This document shows positions 39,041-48,315 of a DNA stretch of 64,000 nucleotides, in pieces (the stretch's first letter is position 1; each line of letters starts with the position of its first letter). Source of the DNA: Fibrobacteria bacterium (GTDB lineage: Bacteria > Fibrobacterota > Fibrobacteria > UBA11236); contig JAYTHY010000042.1 of NCBI GenBank assembly GCA_043732185.1, positions 1 to 64,000 of the forward strand. Reading direction: 5' to 3'. The position numbers were made by a program, and so were the translations under genes. Below the pieces are notes generated by a model, which was not told the DNA's origin, made no database searches, and worked only from the letters and a program-made list of their open reading frames with translations.

Positions 39041-41671
39041 ATGTCGGACGAAAAACGCGTGGAACTTTATCGTCGACTTCCGGAAATCTACCGGATCAAG
39101 GATGAAGGCCTGCCCGAAAAATATCTGCATGACGGAGAGCGAGTGGAGGCGTACCAGCTCCGCAGCTTTCTGGAACCGGTGGAGGGCATGTTTTCCGCCA
39201 TCCACGAAAATATTGAATCGCTCTATCATGATTTCTTCATCGAAACCTGCGATGAGTGGGTGGTTCCCTATATCGCCGATCTTTTAGGCACCACGCACCT
39301 TTCCGGAGATGCATGGACGCTGCGCGCCGATGTCGCCGACACCATTGCGCTACGCCGCCGCAAAGGAACGCTCGGAGCCGTCGAGCTCCTTGCCTTCATT
39401 TTGACAAAATGGGGCGTGCATTGCGTGGAGCTTCTGGAAAATCTGGTCTGGAATCAGCACCTCAACCATCAGCGTCCAGACGAAGGCGGAGCGCCACCTT
39501 ATGGCTTGCTCAAATTGTCTCGTGGGGCGCCCATCCGAGGCGGAACCGTGACGCTGCGCGATCCATCCTTGCTGGCCCAGCTAAACACCCCATTCGATCC
39601 CTTCGCCCATGTAGTTGATGTGCAGCCGCACGCTATCGGCCAGGTCCGCCATAACCTACCCAACCTGGCAGTCTACTTCTGGAGATTGAAAGAGTACCGG
39701 CTGAACGTCGTCAAACCCCGATCGAGATCGGTCATTCCTTCTCCCGGTGCTTCTCCCATCGTTCGCATCCATATCGATCCAGTGCCGATGAATACGCTCT
39801 CCGCGCCCTATGTCAAAAATAACAACCAGCCGGGAGGGCGCCCGGTAACTTTGTTCAATACCAATCGCTTTGACCTTTTTAACAGGAAGCGTACAGGTAT
39901 CGACAAACTCAATCTTTCGGCACTCAAACCACGGATCTCCACCGTGGACCAGGTCCCGGGGCCTATTCCGATGGAGCGATTGTCTGATTTGGAATTCGCC
40001 AAGCAGTATGATGCCTCGCTGGCTTCATCTACGCCGCAACCCTTGGAGACCTTTGCCGCTGCAGCGTTCACTGCGCCGCAAGAATATGTCGCTGTGGAAA
40101 CGTATGACGTGCTGAATCCGAATCTGAATGCGTTGGACATTTCCGATCAGGGTTTGCAATTGCATCTTCCCGACTCCATTTTTCCAGGCGAGGCGTGGCC
40201 CCATACATCCCTTCCGCGTTACTGGACCATTCGTGGAGAAAACCTCTGCGCCTGGGAAAGAGGCCTCAATCCGCCGCTCAAGGTTCGCGAAATCGCCATC
40301 GATCCTGAGCGGGGACGCATGTGCATGGGTGTCGCCGACGATGCCCAGGCTAAGGCGATTGTCGAGGATATGTTGGTGACCTTTACTTATGGTGCGGTCG
40401 GAGACGTCGGTGCACATCCCATTTCATATCCCGCTTTGCCCAAAGCCTTCAATCATGAAATGAACCCCTTGGTGATTTACAAATCCGTGAACCTGCGCCA
40501 AGGGCCGGACTTGCAACAGTCTTTGGAAGCTGCGCTCGTGGCCGCGCAGCAAAAAGTAGCTGCCGATCCGGAACTCTTTGGAAATGTCCCGATTGTTTTA
40601 GAGATAGTCGACAGTCGCACGCATAGGCTGGATATCGGCGCACTCCCAGCATCGGTCTTCGTTACGGAAGGTGGCGTACCCAGTATAAAATTGAATGCAC
40701 CCCTCATCATCCGCGCCGCAGACGGGCAGCGCCCAATACTTGAGCTGGTCCAACCACTCGCCTTTAGGCCTGCCAAATTAATCGGCACGAATGCGGCCCT
40801 TCAGGGTCAACTGGATGCCATGATGGGCAGTCTGTTCGTGCGCTTAGAAGGCCTGTATGTCGCACGGGAATTAAATTATCCAGCTGGTCTGCCGCTCATC
40901 AGTCGCGCTGCGCTGAACAAGTTGGAAATCTTGAATTGCACGCTTGATCCCGGTGGATTCATGCGCTTTAACCATACCCGCGCCCCGCTGTTGCCGGGCA
41001 TTAGGCTTTTTGAACCTTATGGATTTGAGGATCCCGCGGAGAAACTGGCCTTCAAGCAAACTCCAGAACTCATCATCCAGCGATCGGTTTGCGGCGCAGT
41101 TTTCACCGATCCCGGATACCGAATCTGCATCAACGATTCCATTCTCGATTCCGTCCCGGTTACACTTCAAGGTGGGGGTGGACAGCAGGATGTCTTCGCC
41201 CTCTCCGGAGCGACCGATCCGGCAAGCGGGTATGCCGGGCAAACGACTCTGAAAAATGTCACCTGCCTGGGAAGGGTACGGACCGCGAGTATCGACGGGA
41301 GTGGCGGCATTTTCAAGGGGTTTGTCGATGTTTATGATCCACAATCCGGTTGCCTAAAATATTGCTATTTCACGGATGACACGGTTGTTCCCGGTCCAGC
41401 GGACGGTGCGATAAACCGTTTGCCCCAACACTTTGCCTGCGTCAACGGAAAGGAAGCCCGACTGGTCTTTACCAGTGAGTGCTTCGGAAACGCTGCATAC
41501 TGTCAGCTCTCACTCGAATGTGATCCGGATATTCTGGAACGGGGAGTAGGCAACGATCAAATGGGTGCTTTCAATTTTCTGCGGGAAGCCCACAAGTGGG
41601 CCAATTTAAAAATCAGGTTTAGAGAATTCATGCCGGTAGGGATCAAACCGATTTTGATTCCGGTAACTTAG
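39041..41671 (+). CDS. Baseplate/tail protein I-like (Afp12-like) with large C-terminal domains
   Basis: LYRRLPEIYR..D, FIETCDEWVVPYIADL, RRRKGTL, IDPERGR, GAFNFL...REFMPVG. Confidence 0.75.
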   Translation: MSDEKRVELYRRLPEIYRIKDEGLPEKYLHDGERVEAYQLRSFLEPVEGMFSAIHENIESLYHDFFIETCDEWVVPYIADLLGTTHLSGDAWTLRADVADTIALRRRKGTLGAVELLAFILTKWGVHCVELLENLVWNQHLNHQRPDEGGAPPYGLLKLSRGAPIRGGTVTLRDPSLLAQLNTPFDPFAHVVDVQPHAIGQVRHNLPNLAVYFWRLKEYRLNVVKPRSRSVIPSPGASPIVRIHIDPVPMNTLSAPYVKNNNQPGGRPVTLFNTNRFDLFNRKRTGIDKLNLSALKPRISTVDQVPGPIPMERLSDLEFAKQYDASLASSTPQPLETFAAAAFTAPQEYVAVETYDVLNPNLNALDISDQGLQLHLPDSIFPGEAWPHTSLPRYWTIRGENLCAWERGLNPPLKVREIAIDPERGRMCMGVADDAQAKAIVEDMLVTFTYGAVGDVGAHPISYPALPKAFNHEMNPLVIYKSVNLRQGPDLQQSLEAALVAAQQKVAADPELFGNVPIVLEIVDSRTHRLDIGALPASVFVTEGGVPSIKLNAPLIIRAADGQRPILELVQPLAFRPAKLIGTNAALQGQLDAMMGSLFVRLEGLYVARELNYPAGLPLISRAALNKLEILNCTLDPGGFMRFNHTRAPLLPGIRLFEPYGFEDPAEKLAFKQTPELIIQRSVCGAVFTDPGYRICINDSILDSVPVTLQGGGGQQDVFALSGATDPASGYAGQTTLKNVTCLGRVRTASIDGSGGIFKGFVDVYDPQSGCLKYCYFTDDTVVPGPADGAINRLPQHFACVNGKEARLVFTSECFGNAAYCQLSLECDPDILERGVGNDQMGAFNFLREAHKWANLKIRFREFMPVGIKPILIPVT

Positions 41672-41684
41672 AAAGAGGCGACGA

Positions 41685-44600
41685 ATGAGAGGCGATTTTT
41701 CCACTTGGAACAAAGATGGATCTCGAAATTTTAGAGGCACCCTGCATCAACAAGGCCGGGTCCTGATCGATAGGGATTGGAACGCGCAAACCGAGATCAA
41801 CATTGAGTGGCAGCAAACTGCCGGACGCGATGCATTCGGTGCGGGTGTGGCCGCAGTTCCAGCGGAACTTCCGCAGGGCTTTAAGGTCACGGGCGCAAAA
41901 ATAGTTGGCAGTGATGTTTTGGTGGCCGTAAGCAAAGGGCGGGTTTGGGCGGACGGCCTGCTAGTAGAATCTCCCAAGGATATTTCCAATCGCATCGCCA
42001 GTTACCTGAACCTGCCCCCAAAGACATTGCCCAACCCGAATGCCGCTCCACGTGATGCCGTGATTCTGGAGTCCTGGCTGGAGGAGTTGAATCCATTCCA
42101 GGCCACGTCGCTGCTGATTGAACCCGCGCTTGGCGGTGTCGATACTACGGAACGTGTTCAAACCGCTTTTCGTTTTCGACTCTTCCGAATGGAGTCTGGC
42201 GACACGTGCGATTCGATTTTGCCAAAACTTGCGGACGATTTTTCGGCCAAAGGAAAACTTACCGTTAAACTAGATCCCTTCACGGATACCGGCGGTGATT
42301 GCCCGGTGGTGGAAAGCGGCGGGTATACGGGATTCGAGCATCGACTCTACCGCATTGAAATAGCCGAGACCGCCAAAGCCGGCGCCTGGTTCAAATGGTC
42401 TCAGTTCAACGGCGGATTGGTGGGCACAGGGGATTTCGACGCGCCAAGTAGAAAGGTTTCCATTCACGGGAACCTGAATGCGATTCTCCATTGCGGCGTA
42501 AGCGAGTTTTATTTCGAAGCCTTGGATTTGGATGACGCAACCGGCTACTGGCGCGTGGCCTATGCCGCCAAGGCCACTCTGGGACCGGATAACAAGCTCG
42601 CCTTGCCTACCCCGGCGCACCCGGACGAATTTCTAGGTCCCTATCCACCTGCTCCTGTCACGGGCAAGCGCTTTTTCCGACTCTGGAACGGCATTGAACC
42701 CATTGCCGATTATGTCACGGCCGAAAAAGATTTGCCAGACCTGGTTGGAATAAAATTGAAATTCGATACCACAGTAGCTGCAAAGTATACACCATCCGAT
42801 TTCTGGACCTTCCAGGTTCGAGCCGGTGAGATTGGAAATCCCGCAGTGTTGGTAGGCGATCCGGTTACCTTTGTAGGTGCGCCGCCGCAAGGCATTCTTT
42901 ATCACCGCGTGCCATTGGCAGAAATCATGTGGTCTGCCACCGGGGTGGACATCGAAGACTGTCGCCGCATTTTTCTGCCGCTTACCAAACTCAAAACCTG
43001 CTGCACGTATCGCGTAGGTGACGGTGTCCATTCCCACGGAGAATTCACACGGATCCAGGATGCGATCAACGCCCTCCCCAAATCGGAGGGGGGCGAAGTA
43101 TGCATTTTGCCTGGTGTCTACACAGAAAACATCGTCCTGGACGCGCCGCATAATCGCAACATCCTCCTGAAAGGTTGCGGCAAACGCACGGTCCTCCGCT
43201 CCGGCACGAAGGATCCGGTTATCCGCGTCCAATCGGGACAAAACATCCATATCGAATCGCTAGCGGTGGAAGCGAATGAAGATGGAATAGGGATTTTACT
43301 CAACGGCGAAGAAAAAACCGCGAGCAACGGAAACCGCGAAAAATATCTGAAAGATATCACCCTCTCCGAACTCTTCATAACGGCGGCAAAAGGTTCTGCC
43401 ATCAAGGCTTTTGTTGCCCAATGCTTGACTTTAAATGATTCCGTGATCCAGATCAAGGATGCGGAAACGCGGGAGATTGCGGTCTATTTGGCGGGTGATG
43501 ACATGCTCGTAAAAGGCTGCGAAATCCGAGTTGTTACCGAGCAACTGGCCAAACTCGGCGAAGCTACATCCAACGATCTGAATCATCTGTATCCCGCCAA
43601 AGGCGCACCAGGTGGGTTACAGATAGCCGGTGGGTCCGAACGCGTCCGTATTCTCGACAACTTGATCGTCAGTGGTACGCGAAACGGAATTACTTTGGGC
43701 AGCGTGGATCTGATCCGGCAAGGCCATTTGATCCGGAATCACATCCCCATCCACTGGATAGGCGAGCTCGAGGATTGCTGTAAGCCGGACGATGGCTTTG
43801 TGGACGACGGAAACACAACCGAAGATGGCAGCATTCCGGTAGCCGGACCACCGCTTGAAGATATTTTGATTCAGGCCAATCGTATTTTCAATATGGGCCG
43901 CAACGGGATTGGCGTGGTCACGTTCTTCAGTCTCGGCGACAAAACCGATCCGAAAGATGTGTCGGCCATCGGGAAGAATACTGAGAAAGGCGTGGTTTCC
44001 GTTTCCAAGTTGGTCATCTGCGAGAACCGGATCGAGCGCTGCTTGAATTCCAATCTCCAGGAAATTCCGGAAAAGTTCGGATCCCTAATGGGCTACGGCG
44101 GCATTTCCCTGGCGGATACCGAGGCCTTCGTGGTCCGGGATAATTTCATCATCGACAACGGTCCTGATTTTCTGGAACCGATTTGCGGGATTTTTGTGCT
44201 ATCGGGTCAAGGTATCGAGATATCGCGCAATCATATTCTGAACAACGGCATGCGAAACCAAAAGGAGTTGAACGCGAAAACCGTAAAGCGGGGGCCCCGT
44301 GGCGGCATTTACATAGCCATGGCGCGAACCTCGGGAATCGACGTCATTCCTGGTTCGGATCGGAGTATGTATTTCGCCAGCGGGTTTCCAGCGGCCAAGA
44401 TCCATGACAATTGTGTCACCGTTCCGCTGGGTAGAAGCCTGACCCTTATTGCAAATGGACCCGTGTCCGTCATCGGCAATCGGTTCACGAGCTTTGGTCT
44501 ACGCCCCATCAATTTCCTTTCGTTGATCCTATCGGTGGCCACGCAAGGCAGTCTGAAGGCCGAATTGTTATGGGACCTCATTGACTTGATTGCCGGAAAC

Positions 44601-45203
44601 ATCTTCATTTTCAATCAGGGAATGCTGGCTCTCATCCCAGCTATGGATCATGGATTTAAGAATATCCAATCAGGCACAGCTGCAAATGCCCAGGTGGAAA
44701 AAACTCCCGTTACCCTGAACGCTGTATCACTTCCAAAAAACCAGGTCCGTTATTTTGCTACGGGTACCGTTCTATTCACCAACAATCAATGTCACCAGAA
44801 CCTGGCCACACCGGCGCCATCCTTTGCATTATCATCGATATGTATCGCCAGTTTGGATGATGTAGGTTTTCACACGAATCAATGCGATTGCGATCTGGAT
44901 CAGGACTTTTTGATGGTCAATGCCTTTATATTTGGAATGACAGCAAGAATCAGTGATAACCGGTTTCGAGAATCTCTGATGAAAGTATTTTTTTCCGCCG
45001 CGACATTCGGAATGCAAGTTATCACTACAGACAACGAATCCATCCATTGCCTACTTGTACTGGGCACCGCCTACCTAAAACGACACAACCTGGTTCTGCT
45101 TGAAATCGGAACCATCAATGGCGACATAACCAAGGTGGATGGTCCGCATGTTTGCGACAATATTATGAAGTTGTTCAAAAATTTTGGCATCCCTAATAAA
45201 TAA
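41685..45203 (+). CDS. DUF6519-like tail fibre/spike with right-handed parallel beta-helix
   Basis: MRGDFS...QQGRVLIDRDWN, GYTGFEHRLYRIEI, DCRRIFLPL, IQDAINALP..GGEVCILPG, repeated I..N.I beta-helix turns. Confidence 0.75.
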   Translation: MRGDFSTWNKDGSRNFRGTLHQQGRVLIDRDWNAQTEINIEWQQTAGRDAFGAGVAAVPAELPQGFKVTGAKIVGSDVLVAVSKGRVWADGLLVESPKDISNRIASYLNLPPKTLPNPNAAPRDAVILESWLEELNPFQATSLLIEPALGGVDTTERVQTAFRFRLFRMESGDTCDSILPKLADDFSAKGKLTVKLDPFTDTGGDCPVVESGGYTGFEHRLYRIEIAETAKAGAWFKWSQFNGGLVGTGDFDAPSRKVSIHGNLNAILHCGVSEFYFEALDLDDATGYWRVAYAAKATLGPDNKLALPTPAHPDEFLGPYPPAPVTGKRFFRLWNGIEPIADYVTAEKDLPDLVGIKLKFDTTVAAKYTPSDFWTFQVRAGEIGNPAVLVGDPVTFVGAPPQGILYHRVPLAEIMWSATGVDIEDCRRIFLPLTKLKTCCTYRVGDGVHSHGEFTRIQDAINALPKSEGGEVCILPGVYTENIVLDAPHNRNILLKGCGKRTVLRSGTKDPVIRVQSGQNIHIESLAVEANEDGIGILLNGEEKTASNGNREKYLKDITLSELFITAAKGSAIKAFVAQCLTLNDSVIQIKDAETREIAVYLAGDDMLVKGCEIRVVTEQLAKLGEATSNDLNHLYPAKGAPGGLQIAGGSERVRILDNLIVSGTRNGITLGSVDLIRQGHLIRNHIPIHWIGELEDCCKPDDGFVDDGNTTEDGSIPVAGPPLEDILIQANRIFNMGRNGIGVVTFFSLGDKTDPKDVSAIGKNTEKGVVSVSKLVICENRIERCLNSNLQEIPEKFGSLMGYGGISLADTEAFVVRDNFIIDNGPDFLEPICGIFVLSGQGIEISRNHILNNGMRNQKELNAKTVKRGPRGGIYIAMARTSGIDVIPGSDRSMYFASGFPAAKIHDNCVTVPLGRSLTLIANGPVSVIGNRFTSFGLRPINFLSLILSVATQGSLKAELLWDLIDLIAGNIFIFNQGMLALIPAMDHGFKNIQSGTAANAQVEKTPVTLNAVSLPKNQVRYFATGTVLFTNNQCHQNLATPAPSFALSSICIASLDDVGFHTNQCDCDLDQDFLMVNAFIFGMTARISDNRFRESLMKVFFSAATFGMQVITTDNESIHCLLVLGTAYLKRHNLVLLEIGTINGDITKVDGPHVCDNIMKLFKNFGIPNK

Positions 45204-45221
45204 CTTGCGAGACATGAGGAA

Positions 45222-45911
45222 ATGAATATGGAAGCTAGACAAAAAATTACCGTCGAACAGGCTGCTTCGGAACTGGATCGGAGCATGGAGAGCCTGGATG
45301 AATTGCGCGCCGCGCACCTAGGGGAATCGCTCAAAGTAGAAGGCGCCAAAGGGAATGTGTATGTCCGCGAACACGCGCGTTTGCTAGGGAAATACGGTAA
45401 GGGCCATCCTCGCACTTTGGATATAGAGGCGCGAATGAAAGCCAATCAGATGTACCAGGCAGCTATCGTTACAGAATACCACAACGCGTCAACGCCGCGC
45501 CCCCAGCCCAGCAAGGGTTGGGCTTTGGACGGATTCGTCCGCTCAACCGATGGCCGGCCAGTGCATGGGGTGACGGTAGGTTTATACGATCGGGCGAATA
45601 TGTGGCAACAGAGTTTTGGACATGCCTGTACGGATAAGGACGGATATTTTTCCCTACGGGTTGATACGCTTCCGGAAAAACCGACCAGCCCATTATTCGT
45701 GCGGGCCGCCAAGGAAAGGCGGATCCTCCCATCCCGTGATTTGCCCGTGCTCCCCAAAGCCGGTGCCACCAAAAGAGTGGAAATTATTTTGGGGGAACAG
45801 AATGATAAGAAAGAGGATTGCCTGCCGCCGGACGGGCAAATTACTCCGATGTCTACGCCTCCTGAGATCCAAGAAAACGAAAAGCCCGCTACCAAGAAAA
45901 ATCGCAAATGA
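45222..45911 (+). CDS. Hypothetical protein with helical N-terminus and carboxypeptidase-regulatory-like beta-sandwich
   Basis: GAGG SD; LDGFVRSTDGRPVHGVTVGLYD...TDKDGYF. Confidence 0.6.
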   Translation: MNMEARQKITVEQAASELDRSMESLDELRAAHLGESLKVEGAKGNVYVREHARLLGKYGKGHPRTLDIEARMKANQMYQAAIVTEYHNASTPRPQPSKGWALDGFVRSTDGRPVHGVTVGLYDRANMWQQSFGHACTDKDGYFSLRVDTLPEKPTSPLFVRAAKERRILPSRDLPVLPKAGATKRVEIILGEQNDKKEDCLPPDGQITPMSTPPEIQENEKPATKKNRK

Positions 45912-45921
45912 ATCCGGAGCC

Positions 45922-48285
45922 ATGAAGACTTTTACATCGGATATACCGAAAAGAAAATTGCCGGAGACGGTGCATTCGCAGGACTGGACTGCAGAAAAAT
46001 CGAGTGGCGTTCCGGAACCCTTTGGCCAAGGTCCGGTGCCTATCCTTCGCAAAGCTTCTTGTTCCTGCGGGGGCGGTTGTGCCTCCTGCCACGCATCCTC
46101 GAATGGTTTGCAGGTGTCCGAGCTTGGTGGTCCGGCTGAAATGGAAACGAGTAGGCAGAGAAATGAATGGAAGCCGCTGCCACTGGGTGTCGGGGCCTCT
46201 TCACAAAGCCCCGGGCATGTCCTTAAGGCATTGGACTCCGGCGGACAAGCACTCGATTCTCAAACCCGTAATTTTTTTGAACCGCGTCTGGGATACGATC
46301 TTAGCGGCGTTCGTGTACATACGGGCTCAAATGCCGAACACTCGGCGGCTGAGGTTAGTGCCAATGCCTACACCTTGGGCCAAAACATTGTTTTTGGAGC
46401 GGCTCGATTCGAGCCTGATACGCATCAGGGCCGCCTCTTGCTTGGCCACGAGCTGACACATGTTGTCCAGCAAAGCAAAGCTCAGATCCATGCGCATGCA
46501 TTTGAACCTGAAAATTCGCCAGCGGAACGCGAAGCCAGCACGGTAGCGAACGACATCGTTTACGGCGGCGCTCAAAATACTGTGACAGCCATTCCTAAGG
46601 GAATTCCTCGCGACGTGGGTTTTGCTGCACGAGGGCCTATTCCGGATGCGTATGGCCTAGGATACAATGAGATCCTAACTCGTGGCGGTCAGGGTTCGAT
46701 GGCTGCTGTGTTTGACTTAGCATCCCTCGAGACGGCATCGATGGATGCGGATCTGGGGAAATTTGACGCGATGACTCCGGAGAAGAAAAGCGCAATCCTG
46801 GCGCTCGAGCCTTACGCAGTAGGATCCGCATGCGCACGCTGGTTCAATCGGCTGCGCGCGCACGCGAATGTGACAACTGCTTTGTCAACGATGCCGAAGT
46901 TGACGCCCGAACAAGAACGGGAAGGTGAGCTCGCATACTACCAGTCGACACGAGCGTCACAGTTAGATTCCGCTTACAGGCAATTCCTTGTAGAGCTTCC
47001 GCAACTTTCACCGGACCAGATTTATGACCGGTGGAAGTCGGACCGGACGCGTTTTATAAAGATCGCATCGACTCCGAATCATGGCCTCCCTCCGGAGCAG
47101 ATGATCCTAATCTATCGGCTCTACTGGGGCGATTTCCGAGAAAGAGCCGTCGCGAAACAAATTGACCTCAACAACCGCCGACTCGGAGCAACGGATGAAT
47201 TCGATCACGCAGAGAGAGAGGAAGAATTCGCAAATGCAGCTCTTGCTGCGGTTGTCGACGCGCATGAAAACCTTTTGGCAGCGCAGGCAATCGGTAGGAG
47301 CTTGACACTGGACGTACTAACCGAATACGCCCTCAACTCGGTCGGCTTTCGACAGGGGTTGGCACTACTCGCTATGGCCATTGGATCGGTAGGCCAGGTT
47401 CGTGGAACCGGCTCGCCTCGTCCCACAAAATCGAGCGCTACACCCGCAACATCACAGCCCGTTGCAAGTTCCGCGCGCCAGCAAGGGCCACCGAATTTGG
47501 AAGTGATTCAGGGCGGCGGTCAAGGACGCGCCGCGCCGTCGGTTAACACGACACCGGCCGTGAACCAGCCGGTTGCCTATACAGGGCAAGGTGGAGCTGC
47601 TCCTAACCTTGCCCTCGATCCCGTTGTCGCGCCAGTCGTGGCACCACGCCACCTGCAAAGCGTTCCAATGCCTGCGCCAGTTCCAGTCCAAGCTCCCGTG
47701 ATTATGCCCGCACCCAGCCCATTAGCGCCTACTGTTGCACCTATCTCTGCCATTTCGCCCTTTGCAGCCATCGGAATAGGGGTGGCCTCTCGAATCGGCA
47801 CATCACAACTTCCTCGCCCTGATGTGGACACGGATTTGGATGAACCGGTAAAGCGTGGCCAGTGCACGTACCAATCGATTCCCCAGCAATTCGGGAGGTT
47901 CCCGTGCCACGCGGCGTACGCTACAAGTCTTAGTGGTGTTTCGCGAGAAGTTCGAGTCAAAAATCCCATCGAGCAGTCGGTTGATTTCGATGCCATGAAT
48001 CACGGCGGTATGCTCTTCGAAGTGAAAACGGGATACCGATGGTTGCCATTCATGAAGGACGAGAAGCGCAAAAATGAAATCATAACCCGGTTCTGGCTGC
48101 AAGCGGTGAATCAGCTGATGGTGGCTGGAAGTTGCGGCCACCCCTTGAAGTGGTATTTCAACGACCCGTATGCTGCCAGTTTTTTCGGAGCAGTGAATTC
48201 GCCCTATCCTAAATACTTCGGTGCCCCGTTGCCTGTTGAGGTTTGGTACGTTCCTTATGCTTGCGACCAGGATAGTGATGGATAG
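45922..48285 (+). CDS. DUF4157 (eCIS core domain) effector 1 with C-terminal PD-(D/E)xK REase-fold nuclease
   Basis: GGAG SD then ATG at 45922; FFEPRLGYDLSGVRVH...LLGHELTHVVQQ; C-terminal E..V....FDA.......FEVKTG...Q...A..CG..L.WYF. Confidence 0.8.
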   Translation: MKTFTSDIPKRKLPETVHSQDWTAEKSSGVPEPFGQGPVPILRKASCSCGGGCASCHASSNGLQVSELGGPAEMETSRQRNEWKPLPLGVGASSQSPGHVLKALDSGGQALDSQTRNFFEPRLGYDLSGVRVHTGSNAEHSAAEVSANAYTLGQNIVFGAARFEPDTHQGRLLLGHELTHVVQQSKAQIHAHAFEPENSPAEREASTVANDIVYGGAQNTVTAIPKGIPRDVGFAARGPIPDAYGLGYNEILTRGGQGSMAAVFDLASLETASMDADLGKFDAMTPEKKSAILALEPYAVGSACARWFNRLRAHANVTTALSTMPKLTPEQEREGELAYYQSTRASQLDSAYRQFLVELPQLSPDQIYDRWKSDRTRFIKIASTPNHGLPPEQMILIYRLYWGDFRERAVAKQIDLNNRRLGATDEFDHAEREEEFANAALAAVVDAHENLLAAQAIGRSLTLDVLTEYALNSVGFRQGLALLAMAIGSVGQVRGTGSPRPTKSSATPATSQPVASSARQQGPPNLEVIQGGGQGRAAPSVNTTPAVNQPVAYTGQGGAAPNLALDPVVAPVVAPRHLQSVPMPAPVPVQAPVIMPAPSPLAPTVAPISAISPFAAIGIGVASRIGTSQLPRPDVDTDLDEPVKRGQCTYQSIPQQFGRFPCHAAYATSLSGVSREVRVKNPIEQSVDFDAMNHGGMLFEVKTGYRWLPFMKDEKRKNEIITRFWLQAVNQLMVAGSCGHPLKWYFNDPYAASFFGAVNSPYPKYFGAPLPVEVWYVPYACDQDSDG

Positions 48286-48315
48286 GTTCACTTGGAGGGG
48301 AGAGGTAAACGGCCT

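Noticed and set aside
20790..45203. Prophage or R-type tailocin interpretation
   Set aside because: No capsid, portal, terminase, integrase or lysis genes; the Pvc16, Afp15-type ATPase and DUF4157 genes are eCIS hallmarks
45616..45921. N-terminal 102-aa extension of effector 1 in the ORF track
   Set aside because: It overlaps the upstream gene in another frame; the ATG at 45922 has an SD and gives a leader comparable to the other two effectors
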